DNA of 64,000 nucleotides. It comes from an uncultured bacterium (GTDB lineage Bacteria; Krumholzibacteriota; Krumholzibacteriia; LZORAL124-64-63). The notes beneath the pieces were generated by a model. The model was not told where the DNA came from. It did not search any database and saw only the letters and a list, made by a program, of their open reading frames with translations. This document shows, in pieces, positions 29,195-39,738 of the stretch. How positions within the stretch are numbered: position 1 is the stretch's first letter; every line of letters begins with the position of its first letter. The translations under genes and the position numbers were made by a program. The stretch spans positions 1 to 64,000 of the forward strand of contig CAVSGO010000004.1 of assembly GCA_963727525.1 (NCBI GenBank). Direction: 5' to 3'.

Positions 29195-32100
29195 TCATTT
29201 GACGACCGTCATCTTGCGGGTAGCGGTGAAGTCGGACGCTTCGACGCGATAGAGATACACGCCAGAGTGGACGCGTCGACCGGAGTCGTCGAGGCCGTCC
29301 CAGACGACCGCGTGGCTGCCGGCCTGCAGCGACTCGTCCACGAGGGTGCGTACGAGGTGGCCGCGTCCGTCATACACGTGCAGGCGCACCGGGCTGGCCA
29401 CCGGAAGATCGAAGCTGATGGTGGTCATCGGGTTGAAGGGGTTGGGGTGGTTCTGCCCCAGCGCGAAGACCTGCGGCAGATCCACCTTCTCCGCGCCGGA
29501 CGACGCGAGGGCGAGGCCGCCTGAGATCGTCAGCGTGTAGCTGCTGGTGGCGCCGAGATAGCCGTCCACGCGCAGGTAGTAGCGGCCCACCGACGCATTG
29601 TAGCTCCCCGCCTCGGGGTTGTTGACGGTGTAGCCGCGCGCGACCTGGGTGCCGCTCGCGTTGTAGAGGTACCAGTCGAGATCGGCGGAGCTGCCGATCG
29701 CGAGGCTGATGTTCACATTGCCGGCCGAGGTGACGTCGAAATAGAAGTAATCGTCGTCGGAACTCGAGGTGAGCACACCCGAGACGGGCGTGCCGGTGCC
29801 GACGGGGCCGTTGGCTTCGCTGATGCTGCCGTTGGGCTCCGTCTCCGCCGTGATCGCTGAGCCGCCGCCACCACCGCCGCCGCCCTCGGCCACGCCGATG
29901 TCGTCGAAGGCGAAACCGTCGGTCGTGATGGGGTAGTTGTCATACTGCTGGAACTTCACCACGAAGGTGGACGATAGCGTCAACCCGTTGGCGCTGGCCA
30001 GCGCGTCGACGTCGAGGGTGAACTGATTCCAGGTGTTGTTGGTATAGCTGCCGCCGTTGAGGTTCTGCACCTTCACGAACGACGCGCCGCCGTTGCTCGA
30101 GAAGTACACGCCATCCTGCGAGTGAGTCTCGTCACCGAACTCCTTCCACCAGAACGTCAGGTCCACCTGAGTCTGACCGGCGAGGTTCAGATGCAGCCAG
30201 GCCTCGTTCTGCACGTAGGTGCCGCTCGTGGCACTGTCCATGACCAGGTGGTACGACCCGGTGTGGGGTGTGTTGCTCGTAAGCAGACGGATGCGGCCGC
30301 TGCTGTTGGTCGACTGGCTGGTCCAGTACTGGTCGAAGCTGCCGCCCTCGAAGCCCGTGCTGTACGGAAGGGTGGCGTAGCCGCCCGTCTGGGGCACGTC
30401 GATGGTGAAGTTGGCGTTGCTCGTATCCTGCGCCGAGCCGCCGGTGATGCGCACGCGGCCCTGGGAAGTGGCGGTCGACGGCACCGTCCAGGTGTACGCG
30501 CCGTCGTCGGCGGTCGAGGATGTGATTGCCGTCCAGCTCGAGCCCCCGTTGGTGGAGTAGTCGATCGCCACCGTGGTGAACGAGCCCTGCGACGTCCACG
30601 TGATGTTGGTGCTGTCGCCGGCGGTGAGCGTCTCGCCGCCGTTGGGGTACGTCACGGTCACCGTGTCCGGCGGCGGCGTGGCGTCGCCGACGCTGATGTC
30701 GTCGAAGGCGAAACCATCGGTGGTGATGGGGTAGTTGTCGTACTGCTGGAACTTCACCACGAAGGTGGACGACAGCGTCAACCCGTTGGCGCTGGCCAGT
30801 GCGTCGACGTCGAGGGTGAACAGATTCCAGGTGTTGTTGGTATAGCTGCCACCATTGAGGTTCTGCACCTTCACGAACGACGCGCCGCCGTTGCTCGAGA
30901 AGTACACGCCGTCCTGGCTATGCGTCTCGTCACCGAATTCCTTCCACCAGAACGCCAGGTCCACCTGGCTGTGGCCCGACAGGTCGAGGTGCAGCCAGCC
31001 CTCGTTCTGGACGTAGGTGCCGCTGGAGGAGCTGTCCATCACCAGCTGATAGGAACCCGCGTGGGGCGTGTTCGTACTCAATACGCGGACGCGGCCGCTG
31101 CTGTTCGACGACGCGGTGGTCCAGTACTGGTCCAGGGCGCCCGACTCGAAACCGGTGGCGTACGGCAGGCTGGCGTAGTCGCCGCCGGACGGCACGGTGA
31201 TCGTGAAGTTGCTGTTGCTCTGATCCTGCGCCGTACCGCCCGTGACGCGCACGCGGCCCTGCGTGGTGGCGCTGGTGGGCACGGTCCAGGTGTAGCTGCC
31301 GTCGTTCGTCGTGGAAGTGGTGATCGTGGTCCAGGTGGACCCGCCGTTGAGCGAGTAGGCGAGCGCCACCGTGGTGAACGAGCCGGTCCAGGTCCACGTG
31401 ATGTTGGCCGCGCTGCCGGCCGCGAGGGTCTCGCCGCCGTTGGGATAGGTGACGGTGACGGCATCCGTCGGCGTGCCACCGCCGCCCACGGCCGCGGCGG
31501 CGTCGACCATGCCGTAGCCCGCGTAGCGATCCCAGCCGCTGCCCGACTCGACGCTGGTCACGTCCTGCGCCGTGGTCACCAGCTTGTCACGCACCTGCGC
31601 CGGCGTATACGAGGGGAATGCCGACTTGATCAACGCGCACACGCCCGCCGCGTACGGCGTGGCGCACGACGTGCCGTTGAACCACATCGAGTAGTCGCTG
31701 GGGTCGTAGCCCGCCGAGCCCAGGAGGTCCGTGGTGGGCAGAATGGTGGGCGCGATCACGTCGACGGCGCCGGCCGCATTGGCCGTGTTGACGCCGTAGT
31801 TCGAGCCCCACCAGCGCTCGCCGTCGCAGGTGTAGCCGTTGGGGTCGGCATTCACGCCCGGGTTCAACTCGCTGGTGTTGCTGCTCGAACGCTTGCGCTC
31901 GCCGCACGGCGAGGCGGCGCCCACCCCGATGACGTTGGCGTTGATCGCGGGATAACTGATCGTGCTGGCGTTCTCGTTGCCCGTGGCCGCGAGGATCGTG
32001 CAGCCGGCGTTGTGGGCATAGAGGATGGCCGTGTCGGTGGCCGAGTCGCTGCTGATCGCGGCGCCCAGGCTCATGCTGATGATGTCGGCGCCGTTGTCCG

Positions 32101-33031
32101 CCGCATAGTACAGCGCGTTCTGGATCGCCGAGAAGTACATCGAGCCGGCACTGTTGGCGGCCTTGAGCGGCATGATGCTGCAACCGGCGGCGATGCCCGC
32201 CGTGCCCAGGGAGTTGGTCATGGCTGCGGCGACGCCGGCGCAGGCCGTGCCGTGGCCGGGGCTCGACGAGTTGTCGTCGGGATTGCTGTCATTGTCGCCG
32301 AAGTCGTAGCCGGTTACCTGACGCAGGTCGGGATGCCCGGCTTCGACACCGCTGTCGATGATCGCGATAATCACGCCGGCGCTCCCGTAACCCTGCGCGG
32401 CGTCCCAGGCGGCCTGGGCGTTGGCATCGAAGCCCACCGTGCCCACGGGCGACCCGTTCTCATGGCTGTACGTGGCCCAGTCGTAGGACAGGAGCTGCGC
32501 CGTGTTGTTGTGCCCCCAGTGCAACGGGTGCAAGGGGTCCGGTGGTACGGCAGCAGGGAAGGCGAGCCAGTCGACCGTGGCTTCCTCCACGTTGGCGTTG
32601 CGGGCGAATTCCCGCGCCGCCTGCAAGGGATCCTGCCGGCCGTCGGTCTCGAGGAGGTACCAGCGGTTGATGCCCAGCTCGTTGGCGACCTCCATCTGCT
32701 TGACGGCGATCCATGGCCGCAAGATGGCCGTGACGCCGGCCGCGTTGCACAGCGCATCCACCGAGGCGATGCCAGTACGCGCGTCACTCACCGAGGCGCC
32801 CTTTTCCATGGCGATGTCGAGATGGGTGTCGGTCGGGATGTCGGACCGGAACTTAATCAGGATGCGCGACGGGTGGTAGGGGAGCACCTCGTCCGCGCTC
32901 TTGACGAAACCATTCTGCACGGGCGCGAACGGACGCGGACTCATCGCGTCGGGTGTCGCCGCGAACGCGGTGGCCGCGATCAGGAGCACGAGGGCGCTCG
33001 TGACGGCCATGAATTGATGTCGATTCGACAT
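29195..33031 (-). CDS. Secreted S8 subtilisin-like protease with duplicated beta-domain module, PPC domain and FlgD-Ig/CTD
   Basis: Triad IIDSG / HGT / NGTSCATP; two 'VTYPNGGETL...' + 'LPY.TGFE.G...GFAFDDI' modules; [21 protein letters not shown] tail; AAGGAG RBS. Confidence 0.92.
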   Translation of the reverse strand: MSNRHQFMAVTSALVLLIAATAFAATPDAMSPRPFAPVQNGFVKSADEVLPYHPSRILIKFRSDIPTDTHLDIAMEKGASVSDARTGIASVDALCNAAGVTAILRPWIAVKQMEVANELGINRWYLLETDGRQDPLQAAREFARNANVEEATVDWLAFPAAVPPDPLHPLHWGHNNTAQLLSYDWATYSHENGSPVGTVGFDANAQAAWDAAQGYGSAGVIIAIIDSGVEAGHPDLRQVTGYDFGDNDSNPDDNSSSPGHGTACAGVAAAMTNSLGTAGIAAGCSIMPLKAANSAGSMYFSAIQNALYYAADNGADIISMSLGAAISSDSATDTAILYAHNAGCTILAATGNENASTISYPAINANVIGVGAASPCGERKRSSSNTSELNPGVNADPNGYTCDGERWWGSNYGVNTANAAGAVDVIAPTILPTTDLLGSAGYDPSDYSMWFNGTSCATPYAAGVCALIKSAFPSYTPAQVRDKLVTTAQDVTSVESGSGWDRYAGYGMVDAAAAVGGGGTPTDAVTVTYPNGGETLAAGSAANITWTWTGSFTTVALAYSLNGGSTWTTITTSTTNDGSYTWTVPTSATTQGRVRVTGGTAQDQSNSNFTITVPSGGDYASLPYATGFESGALDQYWTTASSNSSGRVRVLSTNTPHAGSYQLVMDSSSSGTYVQNEGWLHLDLSGHSQVDLAFWWKEFGDETHSQDGVYFSSNGGASFVKVQNLNGGSYTNNTWNLFTLDVDALASANGLTLSSTFVVKFQQYDNYPITTDGFAFDDISVGDATPPPDTVTVTYPNGGETLTAGDSTNITWTSQGSFTTVAIDYSTNGGSSWTAITSSTADDGAYTWTVPSTATSQGRVRITGGSAQDTSNANFTIDVPQTGGYATLPYSTGFEGGSFDQYWTSQSTNSSGRIRLLTSNTPHTGSYHLVMDSATSGTYVQNEAWLHLNLAGQTQVDLTFWWKEFGDETHSQDGVYFSSNGGASFVKVQNLNGGSYTNNTWNQFTLDVDALASANGLTLSSTFVVKFQQYDNYPITTDGFAFDDIGVAEGGGGGGGGSAITAETEPNGSISEANGPVGTGTPVSGVLTSSSDDDYFYFDVTSAGNVNISLAIGSSADLDWYLYNASGTQVARGYTVNNPEAGSYNASVGRYYLRVDGYLGATSSYTLTISGGLALASSGAEKVDLPQVFALGQNHPNPFNPMTTISFDLPVASPVRLHVYDGRGHLVRTLVDESLQAGSHAVVWDGLDDSGRRVHSGVYLYRVEASDFTATRKMTVVK
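29892..31460. repeat. Intragenic duplication, ~798-bp period, in the S8 gene
   Basis: Two copies with long near-identical runs, e.g. FWWKEFGDETHSQDGVYFSSNGGASFVKVQNLNGGSYTNNTWN. Confidence 0.9.
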
Positions 33032-33213
33032 GATCACTCCTTCGCAGGGGTCCAGAAGTCGTGGGGGAACGACGGACCTGGCCGGTCACCTGTCCGCCTG
33101 CGGGGCGCAGATGCCGGCCAGTGCGATGTTACGGACACCTCCCGCACTGGGGTCGCTGGCAGCCGGATCGACGCAGGGTAGGTAGGCTCCCTCGTCGCCG
33201 CGGATATCCGCCG

Positions 33214-33243
33214 AGTGTACCGAATCCGTACAGGAAACTGCAA
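33214..33243 (-). promoter_or_regulatory. Sigma70-type promoter for the S8 protease
   Basis: Minus strand TTGCAG-18bp-TACACT with AT-rich upstream segment. Confidence 0.5.
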
Positions 33244-33286
33244 AAGAAATGTTCTGATTATTCATGAGGCTGGCGAACGCCGAGAC

Positions 33287-34069
33287 CTAGCCGAAACGTC
33301 CGGTCACGTAGTCCTCGGTCTGCTGCTGGCGTGGGTTGGTGAAGATATCCTCCGTGCGCCCATACTCCACGATCTTGCCCAGATACATGAAGGCCGTGAA
33401 ATCACTGATGCGCGAAGCCTGCTGCATGTTGTGGGTGACGATGACGATGGTCAGCGTCTTGCGCAGCTCGATCATCAGCTCCTCGATACGGGCGGTGGCC
33501 ACAGGGTCGAGGGCCGAGCATGGCTCGTCCATCAGCAGCACCTGCGGGTTGAGGGCGATCGCGCGGGCGATGCACAGGCGTTGCTGCTGCCCGCCCGAGA
33601 GCGCGGTGCCGGTGGCGCGGAGCTTGTCCTTGACCTCGTCGAACAGGGCGGCCTGGCGAAGCGTCTGCTCCACCCGGTCGTTCAGCTCGCCGCGGTTCAT
33701 GCGATAGTGCAGCCGCAGCGCGTAGGCGATGTTGTCATAGATGGTCATGGGCAGGGGACTGGGTTTCTGGAAGATCATGCCCACGTGACGTCGGAGCTGG
33801 AGCACGTCCACGGTAGGATCGAGGATGTTGCGGCCGTCGAGCAGGATCTCGCCCGTCGTGCGCTGATCGCGATAGAGCTGGAAGATCCGATTGTAGGTAC
33901 GCAGGTGGGTGCTCTTGCCGCACCCTGACGGCCCGATGATGGCCGTGATGCGGTTGGTCACGACATCCAGGTCGTTGTCGTAGAGAGCCTGGTGCTTGCC
34001 GTAGAAGAAGTTCAGCCCCCGCGTGGACACCTTGATCGACGAGGCGGCGGTTGGTCGCGAATCGGTCAT
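33287..34069 (-). CDS. pstB: Phosphate ABC transporter ATPase
   Basis: [47 protein letters not shown]. Confidence 0.95.
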   Translation of the reverse strand: MTDSRPTAASSIKVSTRGLNFFYGKHQALYDNDLDVVTNRITAIIGPSGCGKSTHLRTYNRIFQLYRDQRTTGEILLDGRNILDPTVDVLQLRRHVGMIFQKPSPLPMTIYDNIAYALRLHYRMNRGELNDRVEQTLRQAALFDEVKDKLRATGTALSGGQQQRLCIARAIALNPQVLLMDEPCSALDPVATARIEELMIELRKTLTIVIVTHNMQQASRISDFTAFMYLGKIVEYGRTEDIFTNPRQQQTEDYVTGRFG

Positions 34070-34941
34070 CGTTTCCTCACGTTGAGCAGGAGGCGGGACG
34101 CGATCGTGGCCGCCAGCACACCGATGGTGATCACGAGCGAGGCGCCCCATGCCGACTGCACCCACGTATCATAAGGGCTCATGGCACGGTGGAAGATGGA
34201 GACGGTGAGGTTGGGCGTGGCCCCGCCGAACGACTGGAAGAACCCGTGGGCGGAGCTGAAGTCGATCCAGTACGGGTTGTCCAGCGAGGTGAACAGGAGA
34301 GGCGCCGTCTCGCCGCTGATGCGCGCCACCGCGAGCAGCGCGCCGGTGAGCACCCCGACCCGCGCCGCGCGCAACAACACGTCGGCCGTGACGCGCCAGC
34401 GGGGCACGCCCAGCGCCAGGGCCGCCTCCCGGAGGGAGTGGGGCACCATGAGCAGCATGTCCTCGGTCGTGCGCGCGACGATCGGGAACATGATGATGGT
34501 CAGCGCCGCGGCGCCGGCCCAGCCGGAGAAGCTGCCCAGCGGTCGCACGAGGAGTGCGTAGACGAACACGCCGATGATGATCGACGGCACGCCGATGAAC
34601 ACGTCAGCGAAGAAATGCACCGTATTGGCCAGCCAGCGTCCCCGGCCGTACTCGGCCAGGTAGACTCCGGCCAGCAGCCCCAGCGGTACACCGACGGCGG
34701 TGGCGAAGGTCGTCATCAGGAGCGTGCCGACCACCGCGTTGCCCATGCCGCCGCCGGGCACAGCCGGCGGGGCCGGCAGCTTCGTGAAGAAGTCCCAGTT
34801 GATGGCCGCCGCGCCCCGCCGGATCACCGTCACGAGGATCCAGGCCAGCATGACACACCCGAGGACTGCGGCCATGCCGGCCACGACCTTGCCGACCGCG
34901 TCGATCATGCGACGCTGACCGAGAGAACGCTCCCGACTCAC
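34066..34941 (-). CDS. pstA: Phosphate ABC transporter permease
   Basis: [37 protein letters not shown] start overlaps pstC stop. Confidence 0.93.
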   Translation of the reverse strand: MSRERSLGQRRMIDAVGKVVAGMAAVLGCVMLAWILVTVIRRGAAAINWDFFTKLPAPPAVPGGGMGNAVVGTLLMTTFATAVGVPLGLLAGVYLAEYGRGRWLANTVHFFADVFIGVPSIIIGVFVYALLVRPLGSFSGWAGAAALTIIMFPIVARTTEDMLLMVPHSLREAALALGVPRWRVTADVLLRAARVGVLTGALLAVARISGETAPLLFTSLDNPYWIDFSSAHGFFQSFGGATPNLTVSIFHRAMSPYDTWVQSAWGASLVITIGVLAATIASRLLLNVRKR

Positions 34942-35948
34942 TTGCCGCTCCCTGCTTGCCTGTCCATCACTTTCAACCAGACCTGCGCCAGTACCTGGAC
35001 GATGACCGTGATCACCAGCAGCACGAGGCCGAGCTCGATCAGCGAGCTGAGGTAGAGCGGTTTGTCCGCCTCGGTGAACTCGTTCGCTAGCGTCGAGGAG
35101 ATGCTGTTGCCGGCTGCAAAGACGGAAGCGCTGATCGAGTGGTTGTTGCCGATGACGAAGGTCACGGCCATGGTCTCGCCGAGTGCCCGCCCGAGGCCCA
35201 GGAAGACGGCGCCGGCGATGCCCCGTTTGCCGAAGGGGATGGTGACGCGGCGCGTCACCTCCCAGGTCGTGCTCCCGAGTCCATAGGCCGACTCGCGCAG
35301 CACGGATGGCGTCATCGCGAAGACATCGCGGCTGATCGAGGCAATGAAAGGCAGCACCATGAGGGCGAGGACGAGACCGGCCGTGAGCATGCCGATGCCC
35401 ATCGGTGGTCCGCTGAAGAGCGGCAGGCCGCCGGCGATGGCCTTCAACCCGGGCTGCACGTGGTCTTGCATGAACGGCGCGAAGACGAAGAGGCCCCACA
35501 TGCCGAAGATGATCGAGGGAATTGCCGCCAGCAGCTCGATCGCGCCTCCCACGGGCGTTGCGAGCCAGGTCGGTGCCAGTTCCACGAGGAAGAGGGCGAT
35601 GAGCAGGCTCATCGGCACGGCGATGATCAGGGCGATGGCCGCGGAGACCAGGGTGCCGTAGGCGCTGCTGAGCGCGCCGAACTCGCCCGTCACCGGGTTC
35701 CAGGCATCGCTCGTCAGAAATCGCAAGCCGAATTCCCGCCAGGCGAGGAGCGAGCCGTGGCCGAGCTGCCAGAACACGCCGGCCACGAGCAAAAGCACGA
35801 GGCTGGCGCTGACGGCCACGACCACGTGTGCCACCACGTCGCCGGAGAAACGTCGCGGCCGCCGCGCCTCGAGAGGACGCGGCGGCTCAGCGATGGCAGG
35901 CGCCGGCATGGTTTTCTGCCGCACGTGATCGAGAACTACATCGTCCAC
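34938..35948 (-). CDS. pstC: Phosphate ABC transporter permease
   Basis: WNPV..FGAL, ELLAAIPSIIFGMWG, GRALGETMAV. Confidence 0.93.
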   Translation of the reverse strand: MDDVVLDHVRQKTMPAPAIAEPPRPLEARRPRRFSGDVVAHVVVAVSASLVLLLVAGVFWQLGHGSLLAWREFGLRFLTSDAWNPVTGEFGALSSAYGTLVSAAIALIIAVPMSLLIALFLVELAPTWLATPVGGAIELLAAIPSIIFGMWGLFVFAPFMQDHVQPGLKAIAGGLPLFSGPPMGIGMLTAGLVLALMVLPFIASISRDVFAMTPSVLRESAYGLGSTTWEVTRRVTIPFGKRGIAGAVFLGLGRALGETMAVTFVIGNNHSISASVFAAGNSISSTLANEFTEADKPLYLSSLIELGLVLLVITVIVQVLAQVWLKVMDRQAGSGK

Positions 35949-36997
35949 ACCGGCTTCCCGTCAGCCAGGATCTTGTCGTGCCACATGGACTCGACCAGCT
36001 TGACGACGCCGTCGGGAATGGGCACGTAGTGCAGGTCCTCCGACGCAGGGTTCGGATTGCGGTAACACCAGTCGAAGAACTTGAGTACCTGACGGGCCGT
36101 CTCGGCATTCGTCTGCTGCTTGTGCATCAAGATGAACGTGGCGCCGGTGATCGGCCAGCTCTCCGTGCCCGGCTGGTCCGTGAGCACCATGTAGAAGCCG
36201 GCGGCGTGCGCCCAGTCGGCGCCGGCCGCGGCCGCCTGGAAGGCTCCGGACGTGGGGCTGACGTAACTTCCCTCGTGGTTGCGTAGCTTCACGTTGGCCA
36301 TCTTGTTCTGCAGGCAGTAGGCGTACTCGACGTAGCCGATGGAGCCCTTCACGCGCTCCACGTACGTGGCCACGCCCTCGTTGCCCTTGCCACCCACGCC
36401 CACGGGCCAGGAAACAGCCTTGTCGTTGCCGACCTTCGACTTCCACTCGGGGCTGACCTTGCTCAGATAGTTGGTGAAGATCCAGGTGGTGCCCGAGCCG
36501 TCGGCGCGATGGACCACGGTGATGTCGGCGCTCGGGAGCGTCACGCCCGGGTTCTCGCCGGCGATGGCCTGGTCGTTCCACGTCGTGATCTTGCCGAGGA
36601 AGATGCCGGCGAGGGTCTCGCCGGTGAGGCGGATCTGGTCGGCCGCGATCCCCTCCAGGTGCACGACCGGCACCACGCCACCCATCGTCATCGGCCACTG
36701 CACGAGGCCATCGGCTTCGAGATCCTCGGCGGTGAGCGGGGCGTCGGAGGCGCCGAAATCCACGGTCTTCGCCTTGATCTGGGCGATGCCTCCACCGGAA
36801 CCGATCGACTGGTAATTCAGCTTCACGCCGGTCTTGCCCTCATAGTCGTAGGCCCAGCGCGAATAGAGCGGAAACGGGAACGTGGCGCCGGCGCCGGTGA
36901 TCGTGACGTTGTCGGCCTGGACCGTGGACACGTGGTTCAGGCTCAGCAGGGCGGCGCCGAGTACCAGCGCTACCAGGAACATCGAACGCACTCGCAT
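35936..36997 (-). CDS. pstS: Phosphate ABC transporter substrate-binding protein
   Basis: GAGATFP, NYQSIGSGGG, DFGASD, RADGSGTT, GGKGNEG, GYVE. Confidence 0.95.
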   Translation of the reverse strand: MRVRSMFLVALVLGAALLSLNHVSTVQADNVTITGAGATFPFPLYSRWAYDYEGKTGVKLNYQSIGSGGGIAQIKAKTVDFGASDAPLTAEDLEADGLVQWPMTMGGVVPVVHLEGIAADQIRLTGETLAGIFLGKITTWNDQAIAGENPGVTLPSADITVVHRADGSGTTWIFTNYLSKVSPEWKSKVGNDKAVSWPVGVGGKGNEGVATYVERVKGSIGYVEYAYCLQNKMANVKLRNHEGSYVSPTSGAFQAAAAGADWAHAAGFYMVLTDQPGTESWPITGATFILMHKQQTNAETARQVLKFFDWCYRNPNPASEDLHYVPIPDGVVKLVESMWHDKILADGKPVWTM

Positions 36998-37069
36998 GAA
37001 GGAATCCTCCCGGGAGAAGGTCGATTGCCACTCGAGGCAGCGCCTGCCGTGGCACACGCCGACAGACTA

Positions 37070-37096
37070 GTCACGGTTTGTTAGCGACTCGTTAAT
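37070..37096 (-). promoter_or_regulatory. Possible Pho-box-like direct repeats upstream of pstS
   Basis: Minus strand TTAAC-6-CTAAC (11-bp period), then GTGAC. Confidence 0.35.
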
Positions 37097-37166
37097 TTCT
37101 GGAAAATGACGCTGCGGGTGCAGGATCGGCGTTCCTGCGCCCGCAAACGACGACGATCAGGCGAAA

Positions 37167-38285
37167 TCAGCAGTGTGCCGCGATCGCGGCGGCCATCTCC
37201 ATCGTCTTGGCGTCGCCGCCCATGTCGTAGGTCCGCACGTCGCCTTCGGCCAGCACGGCGGCCACCGCGTTCTCGAGCTGGGCCGCGAGGGCGGCCTCGC
37301 CGAGGAAGTCGAGCATCATCTTGGCCGACAGGATCGTGGCGATGGGATTGGCCTTGTTGAGGCCGGCATGCTTCGGGGCGGAACCATGCGTGGGCTCGAA
37401 CACCGCCACCTTCTCGCCGATATTTCCGGAGCAGCCGAAGCCCAGGCCGCCCACCATCTGGGCACAGAGGTCGCTGACGACGTCGCCGTAGAGATTGGGC
37501 GCGACCAGCACGTCGTAGTTGAAGGGGTTCTTCAGCAGCCACATGGTCATGGCGTCGATGTTCGCATCATCCATCGCGATATCCGGGTACTCCCGGGCCA
37601 CGCTCTTGCCGATCTCCAGGAACATGCCGTCGGTGGCGCGCACGACGTTGGCCTTGTGCACGACCGTGACCTTCTTGCGCCCGTGCTGCCTGGCGAATTC
37701 GAACGCGGCGCGGATGATCCGTTCGCTGCCTTTGCGGGTGTTGATCTTGCACGACACCGCGAACTCGTCGCCCGGCAGCTTGGCGAAGGGCGCGAAATTC
37801 GGCGTCAGGCTATTCAGCGTGTCGCGCAGGGTGTCGGGAACCGGGTTGAACTCGACGCCGGAGTAGAGGTCCTCCGTGTTCTCGCGGAAGACGACGATGT
37901 CGATACCTTCCCTGAAGTTCAGGGGGTTGCCTGGATAGGCCTTGCAGGGGCGCAGGCAGACGAAGAGATCGAATCGCTGGCGCATCCGCACGATGGGCGA
38001 TCGGTACACGAGGCCCGTGCCGCGCAGAGCCGGCGCGAGTTCGGCTTCCGCGGCCTTCACCGGTTTCGACGTGATGGCGCCGAACATGGCCGCGTCGACG
38101 TCCTGTAGGAGATCGATCGTGCGCGCCGGCAGGGGGTCGCCTTCCTGGCACCAGAACTCCCAGCCGATGTCGCCGTGGACGTACTCGGCCGCGAAGCCAA
38201 GCTTGTCCAGCACGAAGCGTGCCGCCTCCATCACCTCGATGCCGATGCCATCGCCGGGCAGCCAGCCGATCCGGTACTTCGCCAT
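37167..38285 (-). CDS. Isocitrate/isopropylmalate dehydrogenase family enzyme, homoisocitrate-DH-like
   Basis: PGDGIG.EV, YRSPIVRMR, RENTEDLY, HKANV, NLYGD.VSD, FEPTHGSAP, ANPIA. Confidence 0.85.
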   Translation of the reverse strand: MAKYRIGWLPGDGIGIEVMEAARFVLDKLGFAAEYVHGDIGWEFWCQEGDPLPARTIDLLQDVDAAMFGAITSKPVKAAEAELAPALRGTGLVYRSPIVRMRQRFDLFVCLRPCKAYPGNPLNFREGIDIVVFRENTEDLYSGVEFNPVPDTLRDTLNSLTPNFAPFAKLPGDEFAVSCKINTRKGSERIIRAAFEFARQHGRKKVTVVHKANVVRATDGMFLEIGKSVAREYPDIAMDDANIDAMTMWLLKNPFNYDVLVAPNLYGDVVSDLCAQMVGGLGFGCSGNIGEKVAVFEPTHGSAPKHAGLNKANPIATILSAKMMLDFLGEAALAAQLENAVAAVLAEGDVRTYDMGGDAKTMEMAAAIAAHC

Positions 38286-38409
38286 CTCAGGTCCTTTCGC
38301 CGTCATATCGCGCGGTCGAGCGTCCGGGGCGCCAGCCGGTGGCCGACGCCCTTGCCATGATCGAGCCAAGATAGCTGCCGGGACGGGCGGGTTCAAACCC
38401 CTACGACGG

Positions 38410-39675
38410 TCAGTTGTCGTCGGCGTGGATGGTCTGCTCCGCCACGGCGCGCAGGGCCTCGATCCGCGGCGTGGCGGCGAGGATGCGATTGCGCGCATCC
38501 AAGCGGTGGGTCAGCGAGATCGCGATCGCCGCGTAGAGGATCGGCAGAGCGAACGCCAGATAGCGTCGCCAGCGCCGTACGGCGAGCAGCTTGAAGGTTC
38601 CCAGGGCTCCGGCGCTGAGCGTGACGCAGAACCCCAGGCTTGCGAGGTAGAGGTGCCCCAGATTGAGCCAGCGGCCCGACTGGGAGAAGCCGCTGAACGG
38701 TAGCAGCGTGATGAACGTCCAGGCGATGAAGAAACGAAGCGGGTTGTTCCCGAAGACGAAGCCGAAGACGCTGAACGACACGATCGCCAGGGTCAGGAGC
38801 GGATAGACGAGAATCCGCACCTCGAAGAGCTTGTGCATCACCGGTCCTGCCGCGGCGAGCAGGTTGCTCTCCTGCAGCGGCAGCAGCATGAGATTGAGAT
38901 AGCGGAAAATATTTTCGACCGACGTGAGGGTATACGACACGGGCCCGGCATCGGCCACCATCACGGTCGGGCCGCGATAGCCGAACTGCGCCTGGCCGAT
39001 CTGGAAGACGAGTCCCACGACGAGGAATACGATGAGATCGACCGAGAGGATCGTCCGCCGGCCCCGGCGCACGTAGAAGAACGCCTTGTAGGCGATCAGG
39101 CAGCCGAGGATCGACATGGTCGACGCCTTCGTCAGACCGGCCAGACCGTAGAACAGGAGCCCCATCAGGAAGTACCACGAACGCACCCGCCCCTCGCCGC
39201 GGAAGTCGTTGCGGATGAAGAGATAGAGCACGAGAAGATGGAAGAATCCGAGGAGGAGGCCCTCGAGGCCGGTCACGGATTGCAGCAGCCGGCCGTAGCT
39301 TCCCACGCCGACGCTGAACAACAAGGCCGCCAGCAGGGCCATGCGCGGCCGGAAGAACAGCAAGTTCACCAGCATGTACACGATGAAGGCGTTGAGTGTG
39401 TGCATGACGAGGTTCACGCCTATGTACCCACCATAGTGCAGGCCGAAGGCGGAGTACTCCACGAGGAAGGCGATCTGCAGCAGGAGCTGGCTGAAGTAGG
39501 CGCCGATGTGCCCGAACATGAGCCAGGGATCGTGGGCGAGGAGGTGGGCGTCCTGGATGATCTGCAGGTCCAGCGGATCGGAGAAGGTGCCCGTCATCAG
39601 GTGGCCGAAGGCCACGAAGACCACGACAAGCAGAACCAGCAAGATCGGACCATGGACTTTCAGGTAGCGGAGCAT
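38410..39675 (-). CDS. Polytopic membrane protein, GT-C (PMT/TMTC-like) glycosyltransferase-like
   Basis: N-terminal TM then SDPLD loop; 'NLVMH.LNA..VY', 'L.GLTKAS', 'HLYLAS.GF' pattern. Confidence 0.5.
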   Translation of the reverse strand: MLRYLKVHGPILLVLLVVVFVAFGHLMTGTFSDPLDLQIIQDAHLLAHDPWLMFGHIGAYFSQLLLQIAFLVEYSAFGLHYGGYIGVNLVMHTLNAFIVYMLVNLLFFRPRMALLAALLFSVGVGSYGRLLQSVTGLEGLLLGFFHLLVLYLFIRNDFRGEGRVRSWYFLMGLLFYGLAGLTKASTMSILGCLIAYKAFFYVRRGRRTILSVDLIVFLVVGLVFQIGQAQFGYRGPTVMVADAGPVSYTLTSVENIFRYLNLMLLPLQESNLLAAAGPVMHKLFEVRILVYPLLTLAIVSFSVFGFVFGNNPLRFFIAWTFITLLPFSGFSQSGRWLNLGHLYLASLGFCVTLSAGALGTFKLLAVRRWRRYLAFALPILYAAIAISLTHRLDARNRILAATPRIEALRAVAEQTIHADDN

Positions 39676-39738
39676 GGACGCCTGATGCTTCTTGGTCAGG
39701 GGTTGATGCAGTCGAGTCCCGGTCCGTCGAAAGGTGAC

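Noticed and set aside
30122..33181. 1019-aa + strand ORF, and similar long antisense ORFs such as 58093-60732, 48456-50504, 14570-16336 and 62113-63690
   Set aside because: Shadows of well-supported genes on the opposite strand.
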